Assembly (NCBI RefSeq): GCF_009914755.1
Contig: NC_060938.1
Source of the DNA: the human T2T-CHM13v2.0 reference genome, Homo sapiens
Length of the DNA: 64,000 bases
Direction: 5' to 3' (one strand)
This document shows positions 31,153 to 49,047 of this stretch, in pieces (within the stretch, counting starts at the first letter, position 1; each line of letters opens with the position of its first letter). The notes below the pieces were generated by a model. The model did not search any database. It was not told the DNA's origin and was given only the letters and a program-made list of their open reading frames with translations. The translations under genes and the position numbers were made by a program.

Positions 31153-31724
31153 CCATCTTTTCCATGAACCTCTTTGAAGATATAACACTTTAGGATTACA
31201 ATTGCTTTTAAAGAACATTCAGGAAAAAGTATCAGAATTAAACAATTAACTGTGGACAACAAGACTTAAGATAGTCATGGTTAAAGACACAGTTGACAAG
31301 GAAATCTGGTTATTTCTGTCACCTACAATAATTTAACATAATAATTATAATTATGACTGATAACATACCAGGACCTATCAGAATTTTAGGAAGCTCGTAC
31401 AATTTTGGAAGACATATTAATGACATATCTATACAAATGTAACTCCAAAAAAGATTAAACACCACGTCTTACATGATAATACTTCTTATATAATTTAACA
31501 TATCAAATAAGCCTGTTTATTATTTTCCTTTGGTATGCTTCAAGGGCCCTCTGGAATATCTCAAAGTTAGTTTGAGGTTAAAAAGACTTAATTTTGATTT
31601 TGAAATTTGATTTTGAGAAGCCTGTCAAATATGTCAAAGGTTTAGAAGGCTTGATCAAAAAAGACCATAAGTCACTGTAAAATAACAGTCACTAATTTAG
31701 CCAAAGTAATAATAAAAAGATTTT

Positions 31725-32077
<353 letters not shown>

Positions 32078-33218
32078 TCATTTTACCAAAGACCTAACAA
32101 AGGCAGCATAAGACACACAAAACTGGTTTCTCTCTCTCTCTTTCTCTTTTGAAGTTTACTCAAAAAGACAAAAATATTTTACTATATCTCAGTACTACAT
32201 GAAAATCTTTTTAAAAGAGAAAACTAAATTATACTTTTATATTAGATGTACTTTTAATACTAAGTACTAAATTTCAATCCTTATAATAAATTCATTTAAT
32301 CTAGTTTAATCACAAAAAAATTCTTTTACTATTGTTCTTTCTTTTTTAAAACTTTTAACATTCATTCCATTTTTTCTATACTATTTCTTTCTGCCTTCAT
32401 TTTGAAACAACCTTTAAATAACCTAACTAGACAAAATGACATTTTTTAACAAAAACCACATTTTCATGCCTTTCTTATAAACTTGCTGACCAAAAACATA
32501 TCTTGCTTTTCTTATACACTTTGCATACAGAATTATTTCTCTTGTTTTTAGTTACATATATGTAATATATGTACAACATATGTACATACATATTACATAT
32601 TACATATATGTAGTGATGCAGGATTTTTGCTCCTTAGTTCAACTAAATCCAGGTTCTTGTCTCACAACCAGGAAAAATTAGGTATGCGAGCACATTGAAG
32701 GGTGAGGAGGGAGGAATTTACTAAGTGAAAGGAAAGCTCTCAGCAAAGAGAGGGATTCTCCAAGCAGGTTTCTCCCTTACAATTGAATACCAGGACCACC
32801 ACATATGAGCTTATGAGGCCAGGCTCCTCCCCTGAATAAGGCATGAATTCCTGGTGGCCCCACCCCATCCCCCAATGTATATGTGGACATGCCCAGGCAA
32901 GCCTGGTAGTATTGGAAATAGGTAGTATTGGAAAAGGCAGCATTCGATGGGTTAAAAGGCATTATTCAGAAAGTATCAATTGGGAAGGGGTGGGCAAACA
33001 GGGGCAGAAGTTCTCCCTCTTGGTCACAGGTTTCATCTGGGACTAGCACTCCAGTCTTTCAGCCTTCAGGCTGTTTTAGACTTGAAGGTGAGGTTTTAGG
33101 CCAGGGGCCCTTCCCTGTCTGCCTAGACATTTGTCTGCCTTCTGCTTCTATCAATCATTCCACCCTCTATAGAGGTACGACTAACTGCCCTTAGAACAGG
33201 AATGAAGATCAACCTGTC

Positions 33219-33515
33219 TTTTTTTTTTTTTTTGAGATGGAATCTCGCTCTGTTGCCCAGGCTGAAGTGCAGGTGCGATCTCGGCTCACTGCAAGCTCTG
33301 CCTCCTGGATTCACACCATTCTCCTGCCTCAGCCTCCCGAATAGCTGGGACTACAGATGCTCGCCACCACACCTGGCTAATTTTTCGTATTTTTTTAGTA
33401 GAGATGGGGTTTCACTGTGTTAGCCAGGAAGGTCTCGATCCCCTGGCCTTGTGATCCGCCCGCCTCGGCCTCCCAAAGTGCTGGGATTACAGGTGTGAGC
33501 CACCATGCCTGGCCC
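33219..33515 (-). mobile_element. AluY/Sc-like
   Basis: Antisense dimer with gcaagctctgcc and cactgtgttagccagga. Confidence 0.9.
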
Positions 33516-36410
33516 AAAGATCTATCTTAACTGCTTCCTGCTGACAGGGAGTGCTGTTTTGAGAAGATGGCAGTCAGTTTTCCCTCAGAAGCTTGTCTAA
33601 GGATCTCCAGTAAAAAATGGGCCATCATCTGCGGCTCTGGTTGCATGAACTTTGGAGTTTGATGGTCTGAAGACGAGAAGAGACAAACTGGGTTATTAGA
33701 AGACTTGTATCAAAATGAGACAAAAGGTTGGGGGGTAAAGGCAGCCTGAAAAATCCCGAGGCTCCCAGCATGTCCAGAAAACAGGTGGCTATAGTTACCT
33801 GCTAAGATTTGGGTGCATGGGGTTTGGCTTTTGTTAGCTCTCTTGGTCTTATTTTCCCAAAAAGAAACCTCCAGGTTATGGGCACCCTATTTACTCCTAT
33901 CACCTGGCAGGATTTGCAGGATAATTGCCCAGAACTGGAATATTGATTCAGATTTTTACATTATCCATCCCTTTTTTTTCTTCTGAGCTGCAGGAGGAGA
34001 TCACTAGTTGATTCACAGGAATAAACAGGGTTAGTCTAAAATGTAGGCAAAAAAACTTTAAAACAACTAATTGGTCTAGAATTTAATGACAGATGTATGA
34101 TAAGGTTTGAGACATAATTTCTCTCTCTCCAGTCCTCATTTTTGTTAAAAACAAATCATGATAGGACTGAGTTGTTTGCAAAATAAACTTTAGTCTTATA
34201 TTTGGCCTGCTTGTTTGCATAAAGTGCAACAAAAATAATTATTTTTACATAGCCTTTTCAAACTGGCTTTGAAGGAACTCTGTTCCACAAGGAATCTCAG
34301 ATAACACCTTTTAAAGTTGAGCCTAGCCATGTGTTTGTACCCCAAATACCTATGAGTTGGGTAAATTCCTTTCTTCTTGAGGTCCCAAGGACATGGGGTT
34401 CCTGGGCCTGTTAGAAAGTGACATTCTTTACTCCCCATACAGGGTAGGAACCCTGTACAGGGACTGTGTAGACAAGGTATGAGGCCAGTTTTCCCAAGGG
34501 GCTTTTATCAGCTCTGCAAGTTGAGCTTGATTCCTTAAAGGAAAGCATACCCTTCCAGTCAAAGCCTTGGTAAAACAACCAGCTTCTCCAATTGCATCCT
34601 GTAGCAAAAGAAAATGGATTCTTATTGCACTGATGCAAATAACCATATTGCTATAAGTTAAGAATACTCACAGATAGTTTCCAAATTCTAGAGGAACCAG
34701 GCAGAGAGAAACAAACATGCTCCAAATTTTGTTCACAGGAGTATAACTTACTCAATTATTAAAGACTGTAAATAGCTCAAAATAAAAGTTTCTTTAACTC
34801 TGAAAAACAAAACAAGGATCAGCAATGTTTTAAGCAACAGTTAATAAAAGATTACTTCAGCTTTCTATTAGTTCAGTCCATTCCATTAACTCTTGTTCTG
34901 CTTGATATTCATGAACATTTTAACTCTTCATGAGTCCTATACGTTTTTCCAGCATTCAAATGTCACAATCTCCAAAGTTATCAGAAACCTGCATTTGAGA
35001 GCACCTGTCAAAGTTCCATAGCTGATTAAAACCATCTTTTGAAGAGGATCAAAACAAGACAACAGTTGTCTGTGAATAACAAAATGTTCAGGGTACTTAC
35101 AGTTAAAAACACAATTGATAAAGAAATTTGGTTATCTGTGGTTTATAATAACGTACTGTAATAATCTTAATTATGATTGATAGCATATAATCAGACATTA
35201 GAATTTTAGAAATCCCATACAATTTTGGAATGTACGTTAATATTATTCACTGAAATATAACCTGATGAAGATGAAGCATCATTTTGGCAATCCCACATAC
35301 TTAAATATGTCAAATAATCCTATTTACCTCTCTTTTGGATGCAATAGGGGCCCTCCGTAGCATGTAAAATCTGGGGGTCAGGAAATATAATTTTGAAACT
35401 GAAATTTGATTTTGGGCAACCTCTCAAATATGTTAGAGGTTCAAAGCACTTGATATTATGAAACAGAACTCTAGATTACCATAAATTATTTATTTTGCCA
35501 AAATGATGTTTCAAAATTTCAAAACAAGGCAAAAACCTTTACTCATTAAGAGGAAAGACTTAGCTTTCCAGTTTATTTCCTGTCTTCTCTTTCTTTTCCT
35601 TGGCAGTTTATTCACAAGACAAACAAAAATCTTTCATTTCCCTTTGTTATTACATGAAAATCTTGTACAAGGGAGAGAAAGCCAAATTTTACCCTTACAT
35701 TAGTTTACTCTTAATGTCAACCCCAATTTTCTAGGAAAACCTTACAGACAATTCTATCTAATCTTAACCAGTTTGACCATGAGATGAGATTCTTATAAAA
35801 CTTTGTAATCCTTTACAAATTTTGCTAAAGAGCAGATTAGCACCTTAAGGAAACCTTCTTGTTCTTTTATTTCAATGCTCAATTTACATAAAAAACATAT
35901 AATACCGTTTTGAATTTATTCTATTCTATGTTCACACACAGCATTTCTTTTGCAAGATCAGTTTTTAGAAACCTTCCACAACTTGTTTAAGCCTTTAGCT
36001 TTATCTTATCTAATTTAAAACAATCCTTTAACCTCAGGCAAAAATTTTCATTCCATGCCTTCTTATAATCTTTTACTAAAAACACATTTTACTGTTCTTA
36101 CACACCTTGCTGGTGAATCCATTTTCAGTGGTCTCAATTACATGTTATAATGATAACTCTTAGCAATTTTTAACTTTAATGTAAAATCTGGTAAGTTGTT
36201 TTAATTATGCACTAGGTGCCAATGAAGTGTGACTCCTTCCAGCATAGTTAAGGGTGTGGTTAATTCCATACATCCCCAGGCCTCACCAATTGTGAAGCAG
36301 GCAAGTTGCAGAATAGTTCTCAAAAGCCAAAGAAGCAGTTTATAACCTTAAAACGTTTAGCAAACTTACTATCTGACCTACATAACTTAGACCACCTATT
36401 TACATTTTAA

Positions 36411-36725
<315 letters not shown>

Positions 36726-37370
36726 ACAATATTTGCATTTTTTTACCAATAATACTTACTGTTTTTATTTCTCAAAGATTAAACTCACATGAACTAAAAA
36801 ATATTATAGCTTTTAATTTTCCTTCAAAAATATTCAATCTAAGTGCTTATTTTTTCTTTGGTCCAATTAATTAGAGCTTTTTTATATAAACATCACACAC
36901 ATAATACATATATAACTACACAGACAGACAAAAGAAGATCCAGTATTTGTAAGATTTTTCATTTGCCAGTTTTTTAATTGGATTATTGGTCTCAGGGTGG
37001 AGACTTTTAAGAAACAGGGCCCAATACAGAGGTATAGCTGGAAGACAAAAAATAAATTTTGATACAGATTGATCCATTTCTAATTCTTGGGGTTCCATAA
37101 AGGAAAGAGATGTTTCTCCCAAAATGGAATCTGTGGCACTTTTTCTGTTTTTCTCAAGGAGTCTCAGGTCATCAGAAGTTATCTTAGGGCCTCTCATGCA
37201 TGCATTAAGAATTGCAAGACATGGGGAGAACAGTAATTCAGTCGACTGAGAAAAAAATCTTTTTCCAGCAAAACAAGATCCAAGAAGAGAGAACATAAAG
37301 GTCTTTTAAATATACCTATAACTTGGATATCCACTTTTAATTAAGTAGAGCATTCCTTAAGAAAGTCCTT

Positions 37371-37707
<337 letters not shown>

Positions 37708-39297
37708 TTAAATTCCTTGTAAGCTGACTTTAGCCGTGCCAAGCTGCCAATATTTTTGGCATTTGAACTTTACCAAAAGTAACTCACAGGTGAAACCAAC
37801 AAGCTTCAATTAAGGTTATGACTTAACCACAAATGTATGAAGTATTTTCGAAGGGGTAGTAAGCAGTTTTTACAAAATCTAGGACCTTTAAAGGTAATTC
37901 AGAGAAAGAAAGATTTAAGAAAGGAAGCTGGAAGTTGTTCATGGAAAGGAAGAGAATCAGCAAATGGCAAAAGTTACACACAGATATCAACCCAAAAGTA
38001 CTCATTTCTCAAGCCAGGATTGAACCCAGGTTGCCATTGTAAAATGGCGGAGACTAAAAGAAAGTACTGCCACGTGGTTACAGGTCACACTCCCAAGGAT
38101 GTAAAACAAGATGGAGGCCTGCAGCAAAGTTTGTTACTGACCAGTTTGCCAGGCTGACTTGAACAGCAGGCTTATGGGGTCCTAGGCCTACATCCTATCA
38201 TATGGTACCCCTCTTCCTGACAGAATCACACAGAAAGACATGCAAATCACATCAGATTGGCTACAGCTTAAGACTAACTTCACAAATCCTTTTTCATTAA
38301 TCAAAACTTTACAGAGAATATAAACAGTGATCCTTATCATTCCTTTTACCAGTTTGTACAGGTAGAGAGAGGCCAACATCTGAATGATGAAACTTTTGCC
38401 CTTTTTCCAGCATGTCATCCTTCTAGGTTCCCTTCCTCTGAGTTCAATTCTAAGGCAACCAGTTTAAGGTAGGGGATATTAATTTTTCCCAGTTTGGAGG
38501 ATGCATCCAAGGGGAGTGTGCTGTAGCACAGGGACACAATTACCCATCTGTGAAGAGAGGACAGAGGTGGAAAAAGGTAATAAAAAAGGCATTTTTTTTC
38601 AAAGGAGTCCCAAGGGTTCAGGATGTACTTTTGAAAGGGGTAAAGACTGAAGATGAATGGCTACTCATCTAGAAAGAGGGGAGCAAGGCATGCCTAGTTC
38701 CCTTCTCTTCCCAGCAAATACCCAGGGTATGTGAGGGAGAGGCAAGAGAGGCATCCCTTTTCTTCCTTCTTTCCTTGTATCCCGGAGTCCTGAAGACAAT
38801 GACAGGGTGCTGCCCATGGGTGTCAATGTGCCTTTTCACCCATGTTAACAGGTGGGTTAGAGGGTAGGATTATCCACCCTTACCCACACACTGCCTTTCC
38901 CCTTGCTGTCAGTAGCTTTCAAGTTCCCTAGACCTCATGCATGCCATAGATACTAGCATGACCACTATCCATGAAATGGGAGGCTTGGCTTAATTGGCAG
39001 GAATTAGTCATGCTTACCTGTGCTATGTCTCTTAACTTCCATTGTCATCTGCCTCAGATCCAGTTTTCTTTCCTAGAGTTTCAACCCAAAGTTTGGAATT
39101 GAGTTTGGGACAAGAATGTGTCTCAGTGGGGTTCATGGATTCATTAAGTCATGGGTGAAGCTGTGGAATTGGGTCCTCCTCCAACAAGGGATAGAAAAGA
39201 GTGTCTTGTGAATTGGGGTCCTGGCCTATTAAAACGCCTTTCAAGAAAAAAAAAAACTCTGGCATGGAGAAGCCCCCTGTATTGCACGGCTGTGTTA

Positions 39298-39377
39298 TTA
39301 GGTTGGTGCAAAAGCAATTGTGGTCACCGCCATGCTAAGTAATGGCAAAAACCTCAACTACCTTCAAACCAACCCAT
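39298..39377. mobile_element. MADE1 (Hsmar1-derived MITE)
   Basis: About 80-bp imperfect palindrome ttaggttggtgcaaaag...caaaccaaccca at a TA site. Confidence 0.75.
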
Positions 39378-40577
39378 TAACTCCCGACCTGATGGAGAAA
39401 AGGAAAAAGAACAGCTTAAGGGTAGAGCTGGAGAAGATTGTTGAGGAAGAAACCTCTTATTCTGATGCAAATGAGTTTCTCCAACAGGGAAAGAAATTTT
39501 TAATTCCTGTTTCTTCCCTCAGGCTCAGAACAAGCTGGACCCCTCAGCTGGGGGAGGGGAAGACTCCGTGGGCACGTGGTGGGAAACATGGCCAGCTAGC
39601 CATGAAGGGCCTTGGGCCCCCAAGACTGCCCTGGGGCCTGGGAAGTGGCTGTGGCTCAGTCCTGCACTGCATGGCCACTGAACACAGCATGTGTATGCAG
39701 CAGACATGGCCACGTGCCCCAGCTAGGAGGGAAAGAGGTGGTGGGGAGCTGCTGCTCGCCTGTCTGTCACAAGAACATGCCTGTGGCCATTGGAGTGGGG
39801 GTGGAACACCCCCAATATTATAAAAGAAAAGATAGGTGCTATTTTAATTCTGAAAAAAAGAAGGAAAATGCCACAGAAAAGACTGTATTGGACCAAGGCT
39901 GACATTCCCAACCCCTGAAAGTGACAGGGAGGGGGCAGTTTTCCCTGCCTTCAGAAGAAGTCTGAAGATGAGAAAGCTCAGAAACGAAAGTGAAAGATAT
40001 TTTTGGGGCAGCGTTTTACTCACCCTTCTGACAAACCCCCGTATAGGCCAAAATGATGCAGAATTTTTGCTCCCTAGTTCAGCTAAATCAGAGTTCTTGT
40101 CTCATGACCAGGAAAAATTAGGCACGTGGTCACATTGAAGGGTGAGGAGGGAAGAATTTATTAAGTGAAAGGAAAGCTCTCAGCAAAGAGAGGGGATCTC
40201 CAAGCAGGTTTCTCCCTCACAATTGAAAACCAGGGCCACCGCACATGAGCTTATGAGGCCAGGCTCCTCCCCTGAATAAGGCATGAATTGCTTGTGGCCC
40301 CCCAGTCCCCCAGTGCACACGTAGGCATGCCCAGGCAAGCCATAGGTAGTATCAGAAAAGGCAGCATTCAATGGGTTAAAAGGCATTATTCAGAAAGAAT
40401 CAATTGGGAAAGCGTGGGCAAACAGGGGCAGAAGTTCTCCCTCTGGGTCACAGGTTTCATCCTAGACCAGCACTCCAGTCTTTCAGCCTTCAGGCTATTT
40501 TAGGCTTGAAAGTGAGGTTTTAGCCTCGGGACTCTTCCCTATCTGCCTAGGAATTTGTCTCCTGCCTTCATCAGTAG

Positions 40578-40875
40578 TACATATTACATATATGTAACTA
40601 AAAACAAAAGAAATAATTCTGTATAGTACATACATGCAATACATATATATGTACAATACAGAATATATGTACTATAGAATATATGTATAGTACATATATT
40701 CAGTATAGTTCATACTACACTACATACATGCTATATTATATGTATAGTATATTTCTGTCCATATATATACTATAAATGTACTATATATTCTGTATAGCAC
40801 ATACATATAGTACCCATATGTACTATATGTATATATTATGTATGTTATATATAATATGTATTGTATATAGGCATA
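40578..40875. repeat. TA/TACA-rich low-complexity tract
   Basis: Alternating purine-pyrimidine AT-rich tract that continues 32553-32613 on the other side of the nested provirus. Confidence 0.85.
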
Positions 40876-41655
40876 TGCTATGGGAAGGGGGGCAGGGAAG
40901 TGCTGGGTAGAGAAGGGGGGGGTCCCTGATGAGGGCTCCATCCTCGAGCCTGTGCCCACGGACCTAAATGAGGACAGATGTTTCTGTTTTCACACCCAAA
41001 ATGTTGCCTTTTGGGCCACCACACCCCCCACATCCTGTGCCCATAAAAACCTGAGACCCCAGCGGGCACACACACAAGCAGCTGGACATTGAGAGAAGCA
41101 GAAGACAGACACCAGCAGACACCAGCAGGCCATTGAAGGCAGAACGACATGACACCAAGAGGAATTCGGCCAGGGTGGTTGGAGGAAAGTCTAGCTGCTG
41201 GATGGCCCAAGTCCAGGGAAGACCACTTTCCCACTCCATCCTTTTTCTTGCTCCCCATCCATCTCACTGAGAGCTACTTCCACCACTCAATAAAACCTTG
41301 CACTCATTCTCCAAGTCCACATGTGATCCGATTTTTCCAGTACACTAGAGCAAGAACCCAGGCTACAGAAACCCTTTGTCCTTGTGATAGGGCAAAGGGT
41401 CTAATTGAGCTGATTAACACAAGCCACCAGCAGATGGCAAAGCTGAAAGAATATACTGTAACACACTCCCGCTGGGGCTTCGGGAGCTGCAAACCCTCAA
41501 CCCTAGACTCTGCTGTGGGTCAGAGCCCAAAAATGCTCTCCATGACCCACCCGTCTGCATGCTCCCCTAGGGTTTGAGAAGTAGGGCCCTGAAGAGGCAA
41601 GCCACACCCCTGTCACATACCCTGTGAAGGTGATAAGGGAACTCCACCCATTTCA
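40876..41655 (+). mobile_element. ERV1 solo LTR of the LTR1/LTR27/LTR28/MER52 group
   Basis: ggcagggaagtgctgggtagagaagg..gagcctgtgcccacggacc; TG..CA ends; 4-bp TSD cata. Confidence 0.8.
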
Positions 41656-41754
41656 CATATAGTAAACATATATGTACCATATTTTAATTATATACATTAA
41701 TCATAATTTTAACTCTTAGTAACATTAATTTCCAGTGAACAATCAAGGAAGTAA

Positions 41755-42172
<418 letters not shown>

Positions 42173-42478
42173 TAATAGATCCAAATATATTTAACTTCTA
42201 TATACTGTATTAAAAACAAGATGTTGAAGTATATAAACTAAAGCTATGCTTAATAATTAATGTTTCAGTATTTTATTGAATTTAAAATGAATTGAAAATA
42301 AAGTAATTTTCAATTACTTAATTTAACATGATTTTAAAATTTGAAGTTGCTGAAAAAGATTTTGGAAACTATGATAAATTTATTTATAAATTTTGATGCC
42401 ATTTACATTCACCTTATTTACTCATTCTTTACAATTATGCTTGAATTACTTATTAAACAAAACTAGCCATTGAAGAAG

Positions 42479-43221
42479 TATAACTGCTCAACAGGTTCAC
42501 ATTGCCAGCTGCCTAGACAGAGCTAATTTATCAAGACAGGGGAATTAGAATGGAGAAAGAGTAATTCATGTAGAGCCGGCTGTGCGGGAGATGGAGTTTT
42601 ATTATTACTCAAATCAGTCTCCTCGAGCATTTGGGAATCAGAGTTTTTAAAAATAATTTGGCGGGTAGGGGCTCGGGAAGTAGGGAGTGCTGATTGGTCA
42701 GGTTGGAGATGGAATCATAGAGGAGTCAAGTGAGTTTTCTTGCTTGTTGTCTTCTGTTCCTGGATGGGATCATAGAATTGGTGGAACCAGATTACCAGTC
42801 TGGGTGGAGTCAGTTGATCCATGGAGTGCAGGGTCTGCAAAATATCTCAAGCATTGATCTTAGGTTTTCCAATAGTTATATTTTTCCCAGGAGCAATTTT
42901 GGGAGGTTAAGAATCTTGCAGCTGGAGGCTGTGTGGTCACTAAACCACAATTTCTAATCTTGTAGCTAATTTGTTAGTCCTATAAAGGCAGACCGGTCCC
43001 CAGACAAGAAGGGTTTTTTTTTTTTTTTTTTGGAAAAGGGCTATTATCAATTTTGTTTCAGAGTTAAACTATAAACTAAATTCCTTCTGAAGGTTAGTTC
43101 AGCCTACGCCCAGGAATGAACAAGGACAACTTAAAGGTTGAAAGCAAGATGGAGTCAGTTAGGTCTGATCTCTTTCACTGTCATAATTTCCTCAGGTATG
43201 ATTTTGGCAAAGGCGGTTTCA
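42479..43221 (-). mobile_element. LTR8 solo LTR
   Basis: Minus strand starts tgaaaccgcctttgc..acagtgaaagagatc; TSD gaag. Confidence 0.85.
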
Positions 43222-43363
43222 GAAGTTCGGAAGATATGACCCCAAAATATGTTGCTTTTGTATACTATTGCTGCTAACAGGTACTCAGAGCAAGGCTTTA
43301 AAAATTCTCCTTGTTTGTCTAAAGACAGATTTTCCAAAGGAATCCAAATGCCATCAATCCTGT

Positions 43364-43916
43364 TGTTACAGGAAAGGGGTCCTGATCCAGACCCCAAAAG
43401 AGGGTTCTTGGATCTCGTGCAAGAAAGAATTCAGGGCAAGTCAATAAGGTGAAAGCAAGTTTATTAGGGAAACAAAGGAACAAAAGAATGGCTATTCCAT
43501 AGAAATGCATGGTTTTATGGTTATTTCTTGTTTATATGCTAAACAAGGGGTGGATTATTCATGCCTCCCCTTTTTAGACCATATAGGGTAACTTCCTGAT
43601 GTTGCCATGGCATTTTTAAACCGTCATGGCGCTGGTGGGAGTGTAGCAGTGAGGACAACCAGACGTCACTCTCATCACCATCTCGATTTTGGTGGGTTTT
43701 GGCCGGCTTCTTTACTGTAACCTGTTTTATCAGCAAGATCTTTATGAGTTGTACCTTGTGCCGACCTCCTATCTCATCCTGTGACTTAGAATGCCTTAAC
43801 TGTCTGGGAATGCAGCCCAGTAGGTTTCAGCCTCATTTTACCCAGCCCCTATTCAAGACCTCATTTTACCCAGCCCCTATTCAGATGGAGTTGCTCTGGT
43901 TCAAATGCCTCTGACA
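43364..43916 (-). mobile_element. MER41A-type solo LTR (copy 4)
   Basis: Reverse complement of copies 1-3; near-TSD ctgt/ctct. Confidence 0.9.
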
Positions 43917-44388
43917 CTCTCCCCTAGGAAGTTCCAGAAACCAGGGAAGATTAACTATTATCACAGGAGAGAAGGTTTCATCACACCAAGACAGACCTTG
44001 TCACACAAACCATGATTAATTTTTCTAAGGGCCCATTCATCTTTCCCCCAAACCATTTCCTACTTCAGGCCTAAATACCACCATTTGCCCAAACCAAGGA
44101 AGGAGGGTATAGGTAAAGGTCCAGTTAAGACAAGATGACCAGGAAAAGCATCTTAAATGATAAGGCTTGTTATATAAATTTAAATCAATGCCTTTTCAAT
44201 TTAAAGAGTTTCCAGGGGCTTAGCCCTCTGTCTCTTTGTGTTGCACAGAGGTAGACACCCTTACAAATAGAGATTTCTTTCACAGATGTAATTTTCTTTA
44301 ATAAAAGCGTTTCAAAATAGCCAGCTAAATGCCAGAAAGGTATATTGCAAAGACTGATTTAGTTCAATAGGTAGTCTTTTTAACTTAG

Positions 44389-44693
<305 letters not shown>

Positions 44694-44734
44694 AGCTTCT
44701 GTTTCTTAGCTAAATTACTGAGTTTAAAGTGGAG

Positions 44735-45467
44735 CTCACACCAGTTAGAATGGCAATCATTAAAAAGTCAGGAAACAACAGGTGCTGGAGAGGATGTGGA
44801 GAAATAGGAACACTTTTACACTGTTGGTGGGACTGTAAACTAGTTCAACCATTGTGGAAGACAGTGTGGCGATTCCTCAAGGATCTAGAACTAGAAATAC
44901 CATTTGACCCAGCCATCCCATTACTGGGTATATACCCAAAGGATTATAAATCATGCTGCTATAAAGACACATACACACGTATGTTTATTGCAGCACTATT
45001 TACAATAGCAAAGACTTGGAACCAATCCAAATGTCCATCAATGATAGACTGGATTAAGAAAATGTGGCACATGTACACCATGGAATACTATGCAGCCATA
45101 AAAAAGGATGAGTTCATGTCCTTTGTAGGGACATGGATGAAGCTGGAAACCATCATTCTCAGCAAACTATCGCAAGGACAAAAAAAACAAACACCACATG
45201 TTCTCACTCATAGGTGGGAATTGAACAATGAGAACACTTGGACACAGGAAGGGGAACATCACACACCGGGGCCTGTTGTGGCGTGGGGGTAGGGGGGAGG
45301 GATAGCATTAGGAGATATACCTAATGTAAATGACAAGTTAATGGGTGCAGCACACCAACATGGCACATGTATACATATGTAACAAACCTGCACATTGTGC
45401 ACATGTACCCTAGAACTTAAAGTATAATAATAATAATAAATAAAAATAAAAAATAAATAAATAAATA
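44735..45467 (+). mobile_element. 5'-truncated L1PA (about 730 bp)
   Basis: ORF2p C-terminus [27 protein letters not shown]-rich 3'UTR, A-rich tail, TSD agtggagc. Confidence 0.95.
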
Positions 45468-45722
45468 TAGTGGAGCCCATTAATGAAGAGGACAGAGAAA
45501 GCGTTCTCTATGCCTGGACTCAGCATGGATAGCTTTGAAAAAGAGAAACAAGCCTACTTTACCTGAGGGCCTACCTTTTATAAGCACTTTATTCGGCTTT
45601 CTTTCCACCTTGGGGCAGGATAGTAACTAAGCCAAAATGTTAGCAGATTCTATTTCCCTTATCAATTAGTCATTTAAAATCTTTATTTGTCTTTTGTAAA
45701 GAGCCTTTAAAAGAGGCAATAA

Positions 45723-46085
<363 letters not shown>

Positions 46086-46705
46086 TCAATAGGCATCCCT
46101 GGTGAACCTAATTCAGGAGCCCCCATTTTTAAATGCACTTCTTAAAGTACAATGTTGTTCATTTGAATGTTCCACCATAATTTTAAATCATCTTTAGTAA
46201 GATTTCTCCATTTTTGTAAGCATTTGCTGCTTCCGGTGCCTAATACTTATATACTATACATAAAGGCAGGCATACTGGGAAAGTGGAGGACTCAGTTCTT
46301 CAAAAATTAAGGATCTCATTTTTATGTTGATTCCTGGCTTTGGCTCTAAGATCCTCTTGGCCAAGTCAGCCAATGATTTTTCCCTACCCAAGTGTGTAAG
46401 AAAAAGGAACAAAGGAGATAGAACACAAAATCTCTGCAAATTCCCAAAAGCTGGAGTTCGCACCCCCTGCACTAATTGCCATTTACCACCCGTTTCCGCC
46501 TGACCCAGCGAGACAGCTGAGGCCTCTAACTTGATCCAATCCACTTAATTATCGAATCTGATTCGATCCTGGACCGAGTCCAGTTTTTGTTGTGACTTCT
46601 GGACTGAGTCCAGTTTTTGTTGTGACTTCTGAACCGAATCCAGTTAAAAAATTTGCTCAAACTCAGATAGCTCAAAACACAAATTTGTGGCACTTCAGAA
46701 TCTAA

Positions 46706-47043
<338 letters not shown>

Positions 47044-47045
47044 TT

Positions 47046-47467
47046 GGTTAAAAGAAAAGCTTTAGGCAAATTAAATTTAACACAGTTTAATTGAGTAAAG
47101 AAAGATTCTTGAATCCAGCAGTCCCCAAAACACAAACAGACTCAGAGTGACTCCAGGGCTGCCACATTTATGCCACATTTATTAGGTAACATTTATGGAC
47201 AGAAAAAGGAAATTGACCTGTAGAAAGCATAAGGGAGGTACAGAAACGGCTGGATTGGCTACAGCTGGGGCCTTTGCCTTATTTGAACCTGGTTTGAACA
47301 GTTGGCTGCCTGTGGTTAACTGAAATTTGGCTGCTGTGATTGGCTGAGACTCAGTTACCAGTCTGTGTATGCATCAAATTAGGTTACAGTTCACTGTGTA
47401 TGGAGAAACCTTTAGGCCAGACTTAAAATATATACAGAGGCAGCTTTAGGCCAAACTTCATTTAACA
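47046..47467 (-). mobile_element. MER57 LTR (5' LTR)
   Basis: Minus strand starts tgttaaatgaagtttggcctaaagctgcctc; CCAAT boxes; followed by PBS. Confidence 0.85.
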
Positions 47468-47834
47468 GCATCTAGATAATTTTCTTCAAAAATTTTTGAA
47501 TGATCCATGGCGTAGCCTCTTTCTTTTGTTCAATGTATCTATAGAGGGAAATGTTTTCACAACTCCATCATTATACTCTTAGTTTCCCCAAATAGTTTAA
47601 CTGGTGGAAAGGGCAGCAATACTCAAAGCCATTAAACCAAGCAGAACTTGCACTATCAATTTCAGTCTGTTCTGAAGGTATTCATATATGGCTAAGGCTT
47701 TTTCTGCAAATGTAGAAAAGCTTACCCTGATATTAAGTTGCTAGGAAAATCATGTATGCATCAGTGTGTCTTCCGTGTTACATGGATATCACTCATATCA
47801 AAGTAACATGCATTGCTGCAAAAAGAATTGTAAC

Positions 47835-49047
<1,213 letters not shown>

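Larger units (their letters stand above)
42471..44065 (+). mobile_element. MER39/MER34-like LTR 5' part hosting LTR8 and MER41A insertions
   Basis: Rejoined sequence tgaagaag|ttcggaagatatgaccccaaaatatg..tttgtctaaagacag..aagggcccattcatctttccc; 3' end missing. Confidence 0.55.

Noticed and set aside
39320-39823. 167-aa ORF in the nested provirus
   Set aside because: Antisense to the ERV leader, begins inside MADE1, no gag similarity
44729-45292. 187-aa ORF with a CCHC-like motif
   Set aside because: C-terminus of a 5'-truncated L1PA ORF2; no ATG start, promoter, EN or RT domain
46569-46645. CRISPR-like 30-bp repeats
   Set aside because: Head-to-tail with no spacers, no cas genes, eukaryotic ERV context
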